A DNA stretch of 64,000 nucleotides from Parasitella parasitica NRRL 2501 (Eukaryota; Fungi; Mucoromycota): NCBI GenBank assembly GCA_025201805.1, contig MU619376.1:12107-76106 (forward strand). Direction: 5' to 3'. The translations under genes and the position numbers were made by a program. Position 1 is the stretch's first letter. The number at the start of each line of letters is the position of its first letter. The notes under the pieces are model-generated. The model saw only the letters and a program-made list of their open reading frames with translations. It ran no database searches and was not told the DNA's origin. Shown one piece after another: positions 14,176-27,821 of the stretch.

Positions 14176-14432
14176 ACAAACATACATTTTCAAAGCAAAC
14201 GCCATTATAGCAACTTTATTTTATATTCTAATTAACACACAAACACACACGATCATAAACATTTAGCTGCCCTGAACAGGCAGATTAGAGTGGCAAGCCA
14301 CTGTAGTGAACCAATTCAGTAGAAGCCGTCACTGTATTCAGTATACTTGCATGCTTTTGAGCTTCTTTTTTTTTTTTTTTTTTTNNNNNNNNNNNNNNNN
14401 NNNNNNNNNNNNNNNNNNNTATACCATTCAAC

Positions 14433-15975
14433 ATGACTGAAGTTGTTGAGTATAAGGACAATGGCTTGATACAAGTGCAGCAAACTGTGGTTATAGAAAT
14501 GCCCAGCGGAAACGCTAAACTAATTGTTTTGAAGCCCAACACGTAAGTTTAAATGTGCATGCCATTGCTGATGTCAATTGTTAATTTTCTCTTGTTATAG
14601 CATGATCAACCTGGGTAAATTTGGCAGCTTTCAGTCAGACTTCTTAATAGGAAAGCCCTTTGGTTTGTCGTATGAAATTATTAGCAAGCAGGGCGAAATC
14701 CGACCTGTTGTTCACGTATCAAAAAATAGTAGCATTGGTAAATATGGTATGCTTTCAGATTGTATCGCCACTTGACATTTGCGAGTAGAAGAAACCGCTG
14801 CCAATAATCAACTGATTATTGATGATTCCTCAAATCAGAAATTAACGCACGAACAAGTGTTGGCATTGAAAGAAAAGGGCTTGCAGGGCGAATTAGCGAC
14901 CGAGGAAATTATTAAGATGATGGTCAATTCTCATTCCAGCTTTTCGAAAAAGACCGAATATTCCAAAGCGAAATACATTGAACGTAAAAAGAAAAAGTAA
15001 GCATTTTTCTTTGGAATAGGCACCATTCATAACTCTTTGTTTCAGATTCATGAAAACATTCACACCAGTCCGCCCTACAATCAACACAATCAACGATTAC
15101 TTCATCTCCAAAAACCCTGAAAAAATCAAACATATGCGCATCGATACACTTTCTCAACTACTGAGCATGGCCAATGTTCGTGCTAACTCCAAACTGCTGG
15201 TTGTAGATGACACTCAAGGTTTGATTGTCTCATCGTGTCTCGAGAGGATGGGCGGGTATGGGCAAGTGGTGGCAATTCACGAAGGTGACCATCACAACTA
15301 CGATCTTTTACGATACATGAATCTCTCGAAATCCGCACAAAGTATATTGTATCCCGTACCCATGACTATGATAGACCAAAGCATACCAAACGGTAAGAAT
15401 GAATTGAACTGCAGTAAATGATGCTGATGAAATCGGTAGATTCGTTCGAGATTTTAACAGATGAGCAAGTGTTGCAATTATCAAGAAATGAAACGACTTC
15501 TTACGGCAGACGTAAAGCAGCTTGGCAAAATCGAGTGAAATGCAGAAAGGCATTGCATGATGGGAATTTTGATGGCCTCATCGTATCATCTTCGTTCCAA
15601 CCCGAGACAGTCATCAAGGAGTTGATGCAATACGTCAATGGGTCAAGGCCTGTCGTGGTGTACAGTTTCAACAAGGAAGCCCTATTACAGACAGCATACT
15701 GGATGCGTAGATCAAGGGACTTTTTAAATGCAGAATTGACGGAAAGTAGTATGCGTCAGTACCAGGTCTTGCCAGGACGTATGCACCCCAATATGAACAT
15801 GAGCTGTGGTGGCGGCTACTTGTTATCTGCACTCCGTGTTATTGATTGTCCGTTCGATCCATCTCTTGTCAAAAAGAGCGCTGACGACGGCAATGATAGA
15901 AGGTCAAGAAAGAAAAAATGTTTGCCTGCCATCAACGATGGCGAAGAACAAGACCAGGAGCAAGAAGCAAACTAG
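14433..15975 (+). CDS. TRM6: tRNA (adenine-58-N1)-methyltransferase non-catalytic subunit (Gcd10/Trm6)
   Basis: 'INLGKFGSF', 'FSKKTEYSKAKY', 'MRIDTLSQLL', 'RQYQVLPGRMHP' motifs typical of Gcd10p. Confidence 0.9.
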
Positions 15976-16190
15976 ACTTAAATATTTATAAATGTACAAT
16001 AAAATTTGCACTAGGTATTACTAGGTATTCCTTATTGGGTGCCTTGCTGAAAGAACAAGCGAGAAGGAATTGTTAGTGACGATGTTTTAACTGGTGTCAA
16101 AGAAAATCAAAATTTTCGAGAACATGTTTGCTTTGCCTTACTTTTCCCCCTTTTTTCTTTCTTTCATTCAAATACATCATATTATACAAC

Positions 16191-18195
16191 ATGGCGCCTT
16201 CATCTATGATGGTAAGTATCTGCGAAATTGTCAATACCCTCAATTTCATCGAGCGAATACACAGAAAAGGGGAAAAGACTCGACACAGAAATATATACAG
16301 CACGGCATGTTGGATCTGTGAAAACAAGCAAAGCCCAACATGACGCGTTTAGCTGATTCCCCGTTTTCAAACGCCAAAGCCAAAAAATTTCTGTGTTTTG
16401 TCTGATCCCTATATATCCTGGGTGAATATTAATCATATGTTTTGTTACTATAGCAACCACAAATCATCTTGCTAAAAGAGGGAACTGACACATCTCAAGG
16501 TAAAGGCCAGCTCCTCTCCAACATCAACGCTTGTGCAGCAGTCGTCGATACCGTAAGAACTACCTTGGGCCCCAGAGGTATGGATAAGCTCATGGTCGAT
16601 AGCAGAGGCCAAGTGACTATCTCCAATGACGGCGCTACCATCATGAAATTACTGGATATTGTGCATCCTGCTGCAAAGACTTTGGTCGACATTGCTCGTT
16701 CTCAAGATGCCGAGGTAGGAAACGGGGAAATCAAAAAGATATGCTTATATATTGATCAATGAATGAAAGGTTGGTGATGGTACTACCAGTGTCGTCTTGC
16801 TTGCTGGTGAATTGTTAAAGGAAATCAAGGGTTATATTGAAGAGGGTGTTAGTCCTCATGTCATTATTAAGGGCTACAGAGCTGCCGCCCGTTTGGCTAT
16901 TAACAAAGTAAAGGAATTGGCTGTCAAAATCGATAAAAATAATGAAGTGTAAGTCTACTGCTGCTTGTTTACTTGATAAATCTAACGTTGTGCACAGTGA
17001 GTTCCGTGATTTACTCTCCAAATGCGCTTCTACTGCTATGAACTCCAAGCTCATCTACTCTCAAAAAGATTTTTTCACAAAGATGGTGGTTGATGCAGTC
17101 ATGTCTCTGGACCAAGAAACACTGAACGAACGGTTGATTGGTATCAAGCGTGTTCCTGGCGGTGCTATGCAGGATTCTGTTCTTGTTAGAGGCGTTGCTT
17201 TCAAAAAGACCTTTGCATATGCTGGCTTTGAACAGCAGCCCAAATCATTCAAAACTCCCAAGGTGCTCTGTCTCAACGTTGAACTGGAGCTGAAGGCGGA
17301 GAAGGATAATGCTGAAGTTCGTGTAGAGGAAGTCTCTGAATACCAAGCTATTGTAGATGCTGAATGGCAGATCATTTTCCAAAAGTTGGAGGCTATCGTT
17401 GCTAGTGGCGCCAAGGTTGTCTTATCCAAGTTGCCCATTGGTGATTTAGCCACCCAATACTTTGCTGATCGCGACATTTTCTGTGCTGGTCGTGTTGCCA
17501 AGGATGACATGGATCGCGTCGTTCAAGCCGTCGGCGGTTCTGTTCAATCTACTTGCTCGGATTTGCGTACTGAACATCTTGGCCAGTGTGAATCGTTTGA
17601 GGAGAGACAAGTAGGCGGCGAGCGCTTCAATATCTTTGAAGGCTGTCCCCAAGCAAAAACTTGTACTCTTATTCTTCGCGGTGGTGCCGAGCAATTCATT
17701 GCCGAAGTCGAACGATCTCTCCATGATGCTATTATGATTGTTAGACGTGCTATTAAGAACAATCTGGTTGTTGCTGGCGGTGGAGCTACTGAAATGGAGC
17801 TTTCCAAATACCTCCGTGTCCATTCTCGTACCATTGAAGGAAAGCAGCAGCTCATCATTGGCGCCTATGCAAAGGCATTTGAAGTTATTCCTAGACAATT
17901 GTGTGACAATGCTGGTTTTGATGCTACTGACATTCTGAACAAGTTGAGAATGAAGCATGCTCAAGGTGGCGTCTGGTACGGTGTTGATATCAATAATGAA
18001 ACCATTGCAGATAACTATGAGGCATTTGTCTGGGAGCCTGCACTTGTAAAGACAAATGCGATCGCTGCTGCCACGGAGGCTGCTTGTTTGATTTTGTCTG
18101 TTGACGAAACTATAAAGAATGCTCCAAGTGAAAAGCCCCAAGCAGGTCCAATGCCTGGTGGTGCTGGACGTGGTCGTGGTATGCCCAGACGATAA
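16191..18195 (+). CDS. CCT7: T-complex protein 1 subunit eta (CCT-eta)
   Basis: '[21 protein letters not shown]', '[11 protein letters not shown]', 'EVGDGTTSV', '[18 protein letters not shown]', '[18 protein letters not shown]'; first exon MAPSSMM, then a 242-nt intron (16212-16453). Confidence 0.95.
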
Positions 18196-21100
18196 ACCAT
18201 CTGCTGTTGTTCTCTTCCCACTATTTTATATATTTTTTTTTTTCTCTCCTATCAAAAGCAAAGAAATCTGAATGCCCCCCTTCTACATTCCCTATTTTGT
18301 TTGATTAATAAAAACATGCTTTTTAAGTAATGCCTAGTCTCAAAAATCAAGAACTGCTCAAGATGTTTAAAGCCTTATTTACAGCAGTTCAAAATGATGA
18401 TCTCTTTGATGATAGTCATATGATCTATATACGACAGTATAATATATAACACGTCCGTTTTTCCAGAATAAACTTCATTTGTACTTGGCAGAGATGCGTG
18501 TAGGCATAAATATCTGGTTGTTCTCTAATCTGGTAATGTATGTCATATTGTGTCCCTCCACTAGAAAAGCAAACAATACGACATAGGCCCAGAACGGTCT
18601 TTTGATATTACAAAAATCGTATACTTCTCAAGCACCATTTATATACTTTCATTATTCAGGTAACTGCAATTGCTAGTTCAAATACTTGATGTGTTGTTAA
18701 TGCATCGTTTTGTCGTAAGTACATATACACTAGTTCCTGATTTTATACAAAGACTGAGAATTGTGCATGATTGTGAAACGTGCGCTTTTTTTATGTGATA
18801 AAGAATCTGTTTCAAGGATATTGATGAAGACAAGAAATGGTCTATACTCCTCTCAAAATATAGAGAAAGTCTATTAGGACGAAGACGTCATAAAAGAGGC
18901 TCTATAAGTGCTTGTCATGAAAGTGGAAGAAGAAGATGTCGAGTTATTAAGTGCTTTTAACAAAGACGAAGAATTGAAAGAAGAATTTTTGGCTAATTAA
19001 CCTTGAGTAAAGAGAGGTAAAGCTGGTGAAATAGTAGTAGGAAGGGCGTATTTTAAAATACACATGGCCATCGCTATCAGTGACAACAAAACTACTACTA
19101 CCACTACAACACTAAGGGGTGTCAACGAGAGCATAAATTCATCAGGATAATAATCATATAATCTTGTAATAATCGTAACAGCAGCAACAGCAGCACCACA
19201 AAAGCAAATAATGTTAGTAGTAACAATACACAACAACTAAATGGTATGTGGGTGGAGCAATAGCAGCAAAAATAATGACGAAAGAGTAGGCGTGAAGGTA
19301 TGTTCATCAGCGTTATCTTGTATTATTAATAGCCACAATAGATAGATTGTAGAGAGAAGGATCCGATGCTGAAACCATTACAAAAACTGCCTTCATAAGA
19401 ATAGTGTTATAAAGGCTAGGAAGAATAATCATCGCAAAACCTTGCGCACCAGCACTGCCACAAACAGCAACAGTGTATCAGCAGTGGTAGACATAATAAA
19501 AGACTTAAGGGAAAGAATGCATCTTTAATTATTATGGTTGTTATACAAGAATTTTTTTTAAGAACAACGGTGAAGCCCTCATTACGACAGCACGACTCAT
19601 AGCAACATTAACGCCTACAGAAAGGTGGGATAAAAGTTATATTCGTTATAATATAATCAGATTGGAAATAATGTGAGTAATTTAATAGGCAAATTGCTTT
19701 ATAACTGTCACGGGATAGTTGTCAGAACAGCAAAAGGTTTCCTACGGAACTAGGATATACACGGTGTATATTTTATAGGTTGATTTGGGGCAAGCAATAG
19801 CATTGAAACCAACGACTTGCTAAAAAAAATCTTATCTGAATGCCATTACAGAATGTCGATTTAGATTTTTTATCAACTTGTCTCTTGCACATGATGACTA
19901 TTAGTATTAATATTCTAGTACAAATCTCATCTTATCCCAATTTTTAAGACAGAAAAACAACCATACAAATCAGGGTACCTAAGGCTTAATCAATTAGTAT
20001 ACTCATGAGTGTGAAGGCAAATTACTGCCTCACTGCAGATTATACTAAACAATTCTACTACTACAAATCTTATTGATACATTTATTAGTTTGAAGCTGGT
20101 TTACACACGTCAAGTCATTCGAGAACAATAACATTGATAACTAGCACTGATTTAAAAAGATTGGATATAAAAAACGTGTTACAGTGCGCTATGGTGTTTG
20201 TGATAATATATTTTAGAGTCTTTGGAAACAAACCTTTTATTTCTGATAAAAGTCAAGTTTTTGAGAGAAGAGAAATGTCTTCCTTAAAATTTTTAAAGTG
20301 TGGATTTCGATATTTAAAGAAATAGAGTAATTACTTTGTTCATTCATAATGGAAATACAAAGTGAATGTTTTGTGAAACAAGCCATCTACATCATATCTT
20401 TAAGTTCAAGGTAGTCTTTAAAAAAGGTTACGGTTGTCTATTGACAGACATCAGTGATTCTGGGTTCTTGTAAATCCAGTCGCACAGCAGAACAGCTAGT
20501 CAAAAATGTGCCATCTTTTCCATAATATTGGAATGGTTCAAAAGTGTGTGTCTTTGCAAAAGCCAGCGTAGATTTTTAGACGTCTAATTTTTATTTTTTT
20601 TTATTTTTTGGTCTACGCGAACTTCTGTGTAGTATTGTCAGAAAAAAAGACAAAAATTGTAAGAAAACAAAGTTTAACGATTTCAAAAACAAAAAAGAGT
20701 AGTTCAAAGTAATGCATTAGACTATAAGGAAGCTTTGATTGCATATTTGCATATCTTAGAGAAAGTTTTTGTGCTCTTTGAGTTGAAATCAGATGAAGGT
20801 AATGAGTTTTTTTTCGGAAAAGTATTTTTCAAAATCGGAGCGTGAGACTGTCAGGCCAGGTAAAAGCATGCAAGTACTACCATTAGAGAGCTAAGAAGCA
20901 CATTATTAAAAAAAAACTAAATTACAATTGCTTTTCTTTTGAATTGGGTAAGATATGGCTTCTCAAAGCTAATGCTTTCCTTAAAAAAACACTATTCTTC
21001 TTCAATAGCGGAGATTAAACGCGTCCAAAATCAGGAAGGAAAAAATTCTTTCAGAAACTCCATTTGGATAATTAGAAAACAAAATTGCTTCTTTAAGGCA

Positions 21101-21993
21101 AGACATCATCCTCTGATACTATGCATACCACGGCTGTCAGTCTATGATAATAGCTGTCTTTTTGGACGCTCTACATGCTGGTATCATTTCATAATTCCCG
21201 TATACTTATGGAATGAATTACGTCTAGAAAACTTCAAAAACAAATCAAGAGGAAAAGTCAATATTTTGCTTAATAAAAGCGTATTTCCAGTCTCTCAGAA
21301 CAAAGAATGGTCTCTTACGATCATTTTTCTCCAATACATGTTATAGTAAAAAGTTGCATTTTTGAGGTCAAAATCGAGAATAATGCATAATCAATGATTT
21401 TGAATGGGTGGATACAAGAGAAAAATCGAAAAAATCCGTCATTTTGCGTTAAAAAAAAAATCATGCTCAAATTGTACCAAAATTAGATATAGTATAGTTC
21501 CTTCGCACTGGATACTATTTTTGGTGTTTTCAGGGCACTTTTGATTATGAAAATCAATCAAAAAATGGCATATAAGCTGTAAAAAATATTCTTCTGGAGA
21601 TAATATCATGTTAATATCAATTTTAGTACATAATAGAGCTCTATGAAGTGAGTAATTTTGATCCCACAAGTATACCTTTCTTTATAGTAGTTTGATAAAA
21701 CAGGTGTGGCTCATTGAGTTGGAAGCAGAAGAGAATAATTAATGAATACAATGTTTTGTTGTAATAACCCCTTGATATTTGTGAATTATTCATAAATTGC
21801 TAATTGCTAGTGACAGAGAAGCCCTATTACCATTGATGCTTATAATAGTGCTTAATGTCAGTTCGAAAGTCTCTTTTTTCGTGATTCTAATGCTGAACAT
21901 GTAAAATAAAAAGTAGAATTGAGGGTAGAATTGAGGTTGCGGGTAATTTTACTAACAAAGGTTAATGCTTCATGATAGGCTTCTGGTAGATTT

Positions 21994-22059
21994 CAGGTAC
22001 CAGGTTCCAGGCTCCAGGCTCCAGGCTCCAGGCTCCAGGCTCCAGGCTCCAGGCTCCAG
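21994..22059. repeat. Heptanucleotide tandem repeat (CCAGGCT)n, 7 perfect copies (22007-22055) plus degenerate flanks
   Basis: Directly visible in the sequence. Confidence 0.95.
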
Positions 22060-23122
22060 TTACTGTACTGTAAAGTATCAAATTCTAAATAGGGGACAAC
22101 TTGCTATACCAAACATATTTTTGTACACCAACTGTTTCTTTATAACGAGTCTTGACTGTATATTTTTTCCTTGATATTGTATGTGCTGACTTCACTCAAC
22201 AGATGTAACATAAAATGATAATGCGAAATTATAAAAATAAAGATTGCCATTGACTAAATCTACTATGATTTTTCATTGTGTAAATGCATAATTTGACGGA
22301 TACGTACATTTCAATGCCTTAATAGTATATGCAGTTTAATACTTTGACACTTTGATGGTTCTGTGGTTCTATGGATTAATTTTAATACCTATGCAGTTCT
22401 ATAGACTAGTCTAAATATTTGAGCTTATTTAGATGTCTAATATCTAAAGGATATATCTGAAATAGTTTATCAATTATAAAATTCAATCAATTTTGAATTG
22501 TGGCCTGTTAGGTATCTGAAGTACATGTCGTTAATTTCGTATATATTATCACAAACACTGTGACATTTACCAATTACTTGAACTTTTTTTTTCAAAAACC
22601 ATAAAAAGACCGTATACGCCATGAGCTCCTTTTTCTTCTTTCGTTCTTTTGACCACATTAAGCACAATGAGTATATTTTCTTGGTAACATAAAGAGCTAT
22701 TGTGCTGCAGAGCTTCCTATTAACTTTCTATGCGTCTCCAAACAACCAAAATAGGAAAGCTATTGAGTGGCTAGAAAAATACAACACTGCCATTGGTTTT
22801 TTTTTTTATTTTATTAAAGGAGGATATCTGTCCAAAAACAAGGTCGTCGCTGAAGAAGAGTTTAGGGTAGCAGTTGAGAGTTTGAAAGAGAAAGGGGACA
22901 ACGATGTGAAAAGATGGGCTAGCTAAAAAATAAAGTATAGTTAAATCATTTTTAGGTAACCGTCAGAGCAGACAAAATTTACCAGCCGCATCATATTAGA
23001 ATACACGTTCATCAAGGGGGTTTGAATGAAACAGATACATGCTTCAAGTCACGATAATGGTGAGAGGGTCCATCTCCTCTTCAACAAAAGTTCTTCGTAA
23101 ACTGACTTTTGTATACCAACGT

Positions 23123-23602
23123 ATGATATTAGGCATAGGGGTCGATATTGTGCATTTACCACGTATTGCTGCCTTGATTTCAAGACGAGGAAGTGATCAA
23201 CTTGCTAAACGTATACTGAGCCCAACAGAATATACTGAATTCCAAACGAAATACAGTGTTGAAAATAGCAATCAATTAAGATTTTTGGGATCCAGGCAAG
23301 TTGCATTTATTTGTTGGTTTCGTGTGAGACGCCAATTAACAGTCGATAGATGGTGTATTAAAGAAGCTGTATACAAAGCCTTATACCCAATCCATAAACT
23401 AGAATGGAAACAAGTTACTGTATTCAAAATGGCTGGTAATATGATGACACTGCCATACCTATGTATAAATATCCCTAATGCCTATATAGGGAAGCCGTAT
23501 TTAAGCATCATAAATGGCAATGTATATGGTATACGTAAAGCGCATGTATCACTATCGCATGATGGACACTACGCTATAGCCCAGGTTATTCTTGAAAGTT
23601 AA
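23123..23602 (+). CDS. PPT2: Holo-ACP synthase / AcpS-type 4'-phosphopantetheinyl transferase (Ppt2-like), two introns
   Basis: 'MILGIGVDIV', 'FLGSRWCIKEAVYKA' after splicing, 'GKP', 'HVSLSHDGHYAIAQVI'. Confidence 0.88.
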   Translation: MILGIGVDIVHLPRIAALISRRGSDQLAKRILSPTEYTEFQTKYSVENSNQLRFLGSRQVAFICWFRVRRQLTVDRWCIKEAVYKALYPIHKLEWKQVTVFKMAGNMMTLPYLCINIPNAYIGKPYLSIINGNVYGIRKAHVSLSHDGHYAIAQVILES

Positions 23603-23962
23603 AAAGAATCCCGATCCTATTTTTATCTCGAGTTACAGCACCATTTTAGGTTATTTTGCCTTCCTTTTTGTACATGATAATAAAGCGTTGTAATTATTCT
23701 GCTAGCTGAAGATGTGTACATTGATTTTTGATCTTTTTTTTCTTCTTCTCTCTTTTCTAATATTAAGATAGTTCCCCCTTTTTTTCCCTCCTTTTTTTTT
23801 TCTTTTTCCTTTGGTTTTCTTGCAGTAGCAGCTTAGTTTATTCTTTTATTCTTTATTTCCTTGTATGAAAAGTATATCGATTGTAAATCAACACATACAC
23901 TCAACACAATAACCATAGCAACAAAGAACAAAGGGAAGATCGCCACAGAAACAGAGCAAATC

Positions 23963-26900
23963 ATGTCACAACAAGCTACGCCGACAACCACCACTGCAAC
24001 TAGTCATACAGACAATACATCAGTAGTTACAAGTGTTAAACACGCACTGGTTTGTTCAAAATGTAATTTGCCTTTAGGCGATCAACTTGTAAGAGCTTTA
24101 GAAGGTGCATTTCATCCAGAATGCTTTACATGCTGGGTAAGACATTGAGTAGGTATATAGAACGTATGTACTCACAGATACATAGGACTGTAATACACCA
24201 GTAGCATCAAGATACTTACCCCATCCAACTGAAATTGGCCAGCCATTATGTGAAAGAGATTATTTCAGAAAGTTGGGTCTTGTATGCGCTCAATGTAATG
24301 AAGCTTTACGTGGAACATACATTATCGCATTAGATAAAAAATATCATACAAATCATTTCACATGTAATGATTGTTCAACTGTATTTGGGCCTGACGATTC
24401 CTATTACGAACATGACTCAAAAGTGTACTGTCATTTTCACTATTCTACTCGATTCGCTGTTGCTTGTGCTGGATGCGACATGTCAATATTGAAGCAGTAT
24501 GTGGAAATTGAAAGGAATGACAAAGTCGATCACTGGCACCCAGAATGCTACATGATTCAAAAGTTTTGGAGTGTGAAAATTGCCTACCCTTCACACAAAG
24601 AAGATGACTCTGTTATTTTTAGAGGTAGATGTCATCCATCCTTATCATTCAATATAATGTATTGATCTGTAAATTATAGAATACAAACCAGAGACTCCAC
24701 CAGAACTGCTCAAGTCGCAAAAAGAGATGGAAGAAAAGGTGATTAGTATATGGTCTGTACTGTCAGCCTTTGAAGGTATTTTTGCTTTGTTTTTTTTTCT
24801 TTTGTGTCAAATCAGTCGCATGTATTCTGATGTATTCTGATTCCACATACTTTTCCTATAGAATCGTCGGCTGTTTGTATCTCTGAAATGCTGCTTCATG
24901 TGTCTAATGGTGCTTATATCGAGAGTATATGTCTTTCAGAGAGATTCCTTGTGCATGTCGAAGCATTGTTTGCTGGGATCGACAAGATACAGTCAGTTTA
25001 TCAAGAATACGAGCAACCTGATTTTAAATACACAAGAGAAGCCAAGATGCTGTGTAAAAAGATTATCAATTTCTTTTCATTATTATCAAGAACTGGAGAC
25101 ATGGAAATGAAAAAGCTGGGTATAACGCAAGAGCTACTCTCCCTCGTTACTGGATTAGCGCATTACCTCAAGATTCTGATTCGATTAGCGCTGACCTCTG
25201 CTTTACGTTTGGTAAGCTTATTTATAAACTGTCCAAGTGATGTACTCACTGCTGCTATTTATAGGAAATCACTGTTGGGAAACCTGTAGTCGTTTCTCGC
25301 CTACTTGCCAAGTTGATGGAGATCCCCGGCAAAGAAAGATATAGCCGGGATTGCCAGCGTTTGATTAAAGCGAAAAACACAGATTTCTGCTATTCGTGTC
25401 GAAACACAATCGAGGACCAATGTATGAGGTATGGCGACTATAGATGGCATATGGCTTGCTTCAAGTGCAGACAATGTTCTCGCCAACTGAACCGTGATTA
25501 TGCTGTATTCAATTCTGCCTCATGTACGACTCACTGCATCCAGTGCGCTGGAGTGCCAAACGGAGAAGCGACTCCATTTGAATATATCACAAAACTTACT
25601 CAATATAGTTTCCTACTGAGAGTTGCGCTTAGCAGACTCTGTAACTTGCTTCAGATTACAGGTACAGTGTATTTTGACCCTCTTTTTTTTTTATGTTTTC
25701 TAACGTTTTTTTTTTTTTTTTTTCTGTAAATCATGTCAGATATGCAGCTATCTTCAGTCGACTACTCGTCAAAAGTCAAGCCAAGTAACAGCAATAATAA
25801 CATAATAAAGGACGCCGTGCAATTGTCTCCTTCAGCCGAAAAACAACTGACCCTGATGACAGACGACAAATTCTATCCCACCGAAATCATCGATGCTAGA
25901 GATACAGTATCATCTTCAACGACTCACTTGGACAGGAAAGTCTCAAGATCATTCAAATCGGCAAACAAACGCTCTACTATTCTCGGTAATGCGGATCTGG
26001 CTGCTTCACTAAAAACACAGCCTCAGTCAACCGCCTCAAACGACACCAGAGCCATGCCACCTGCTCGTATGGACAGTTTGCAGCGTGGCAGACTTGGCCG
26101 ATCAAGTCCAGGAGCCGATCAACACAAAGACCTGCCTGACTTGCCTGACTCTAGAAACAACAACGCTACTCGCCACAAAGCAACTCGCAGTGTAGGCTTG
26201 GACGATCTACCTCAGTTGGCTGCTGCCGCTGTTGCCTCTAAAAAACACATGATGACAAATCTGCCCCACAGCATTCATATCACGACAGGCGCATCAGGCA
26301 GGCCACGTATATTTCTGTCTGAACTCTCAGCATTGCAATACATGATCATTCGTTATGTCGCCGTTGTGCAAATCGAACAATACGTCAAATCTTCATTCTC
26401 GTCAAGCGAATTGCTCAACTTGGTTGAATTCAAAAAATCATCCATCTGGGGCAAGTTTTTCATTCCATTCAAAAACAAAAAGAATTACGGGCCAAAAGCT
26501 AAGGAGGAAGGAACTTTTGGTGTTCCATTGGATGTATTGACTGAAAGAACCGGCGTGGAATCCAACCTGGGCTCTGGCCATTCTCCATTGAAATTAGCCT
26601 CGTTCATCGATGACGCTATTACCGCCATGAGGCAGATGGACATGACTGTAGAAGGCGTGTTTAGAAAGAACGGCAACATCAGACGTTTGAATGAACTGGT
26701 TGATGCTCTGGATAAAAACGCAAGTGATGTGGATCTGACGCAAGAAAATGCCATCCAAGTTGCGGCCCTGCTCAAGAGGTTTCTCCGTGATCTACCGGAT
26801 CCGCTATTAACACATCGACTGCACCCTTTATTCATGTGTGCAGAGCGTAAGTTGAGCATGGAACTCTAGTTGCGCCATTATTCATATTGACGGCTTTATT

Positions 26901-27821
26901 AGGAATTGAAAACCCAGTGGAGAGGCGTCGCGCACTACATTTGGCATGCTGCATGCTGCCCAGATGTAATCGCGCCACTATGGAAGTCTTGTTTGTCTTT
27001 TTTAGATGGGTTGCGTCGTTTTCTCATGTCACTGGGGATGTTGGCAGTCGAATGGATATTCCCAACTTGGCCAGGGTGATTGCACCCAATATTTTGACAG
27101 CAAATTCAAAGGATCCTCTCAAAGATGACTCGTTTGCATCGATTCGCGTAATAGAGGTCTTGTTAGAGTCCCACGAAGAGTTTTGTTTGGTAACGTATCT
27201 GCGCAAAGTAAACGATAGCCGTTGTACTTACAGTCTCATTAGGTCCCTGATGACCTGGAAATTTTCCTGGAAGACCCTAACCTCAGCGATGTGGATATCT
27301 CGCCCAAAGAATTTTTGAAAAGAGTCGAGCAAACAGTCAAGCATAAGAATCCAAGCAGCCTCAACCTAAATGGAGGAGGCGCATCATCCAAAGCCAGTAT
27401 GCATTCCAGCAACCCTACCTCCAATGCCGAAGGAGCCAAGCTCTTTGATGGCACTGTCACCGATGGTCGCCAGCACCCTCCAACATCCATTTATGCGCAG
27501 CAGCAGTATCTACCATATACCAACAACCATCCTAACTCTGATTTTGTGCCGCAACAGCTGAACATGAGGTACCACCAGCCTGGCAGTCCTGTTCCTGCTC
27601 CTCCTCGTCGCATGGATAGTCATGAGTCGTTTACCTCTATAAATTCCCATCATCCAATTAACAATATAGACCAACATCTCCCTCCGCCACAGCATAGATT
27701 TGTACCTCAACATAACAATTATCAGCAACAGCATCACCATCATAATGATCAACCTCCTCTCAATACGGCACCTACTTCCACTTCGTCTCAGGCTGCCAAC
27801 ATTATTCCTACCCAATTTTAA
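23963..27821 (+). CDS. LIM-domain Rho GTPase-activating protein (Lrg1/Rga1-like)
   Basis: Several LIM zinc fingers (CxxC...HxxCFxC) and a RhoGAP domain 'FGVPL...EGVFRKNGNIRRL...LLKRFLRDLPDPLLT...NLARVIAPNIL'. Confidence 0.9.

Noticed and set aside
16300-16410. Box C/D snoRNA, hammerhead ribozyme or TPP riboswitch in the CCT7 intron
   Set aside because: A CTGA is present, but there is no good RTGATGA C box, no CTGATGA/GAAA hammerhead core and no TPP consensus; kept only as an unassigned structured-RNA candidate.
17061-18141. Long antisense ORFs opposite CCT7 (also opposite the RhoGAP, amidohydrolase and BCS1-like genes)
   Set aside because: Shadow ORFs caused by codon bias of the real sense genes; no motifs.
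19950-21700. AT-rich segment resembling the interior of a non-autonomous DNA transposon
   Set aside because: Could not identify convincing terminal inverted repeats, TSDs or coding remnants by eye.
22702-22926. Possible Sel1/TPR-like remnant ('KAIEWLEK')
   Set aside because: Too short and degenerate to support a call.
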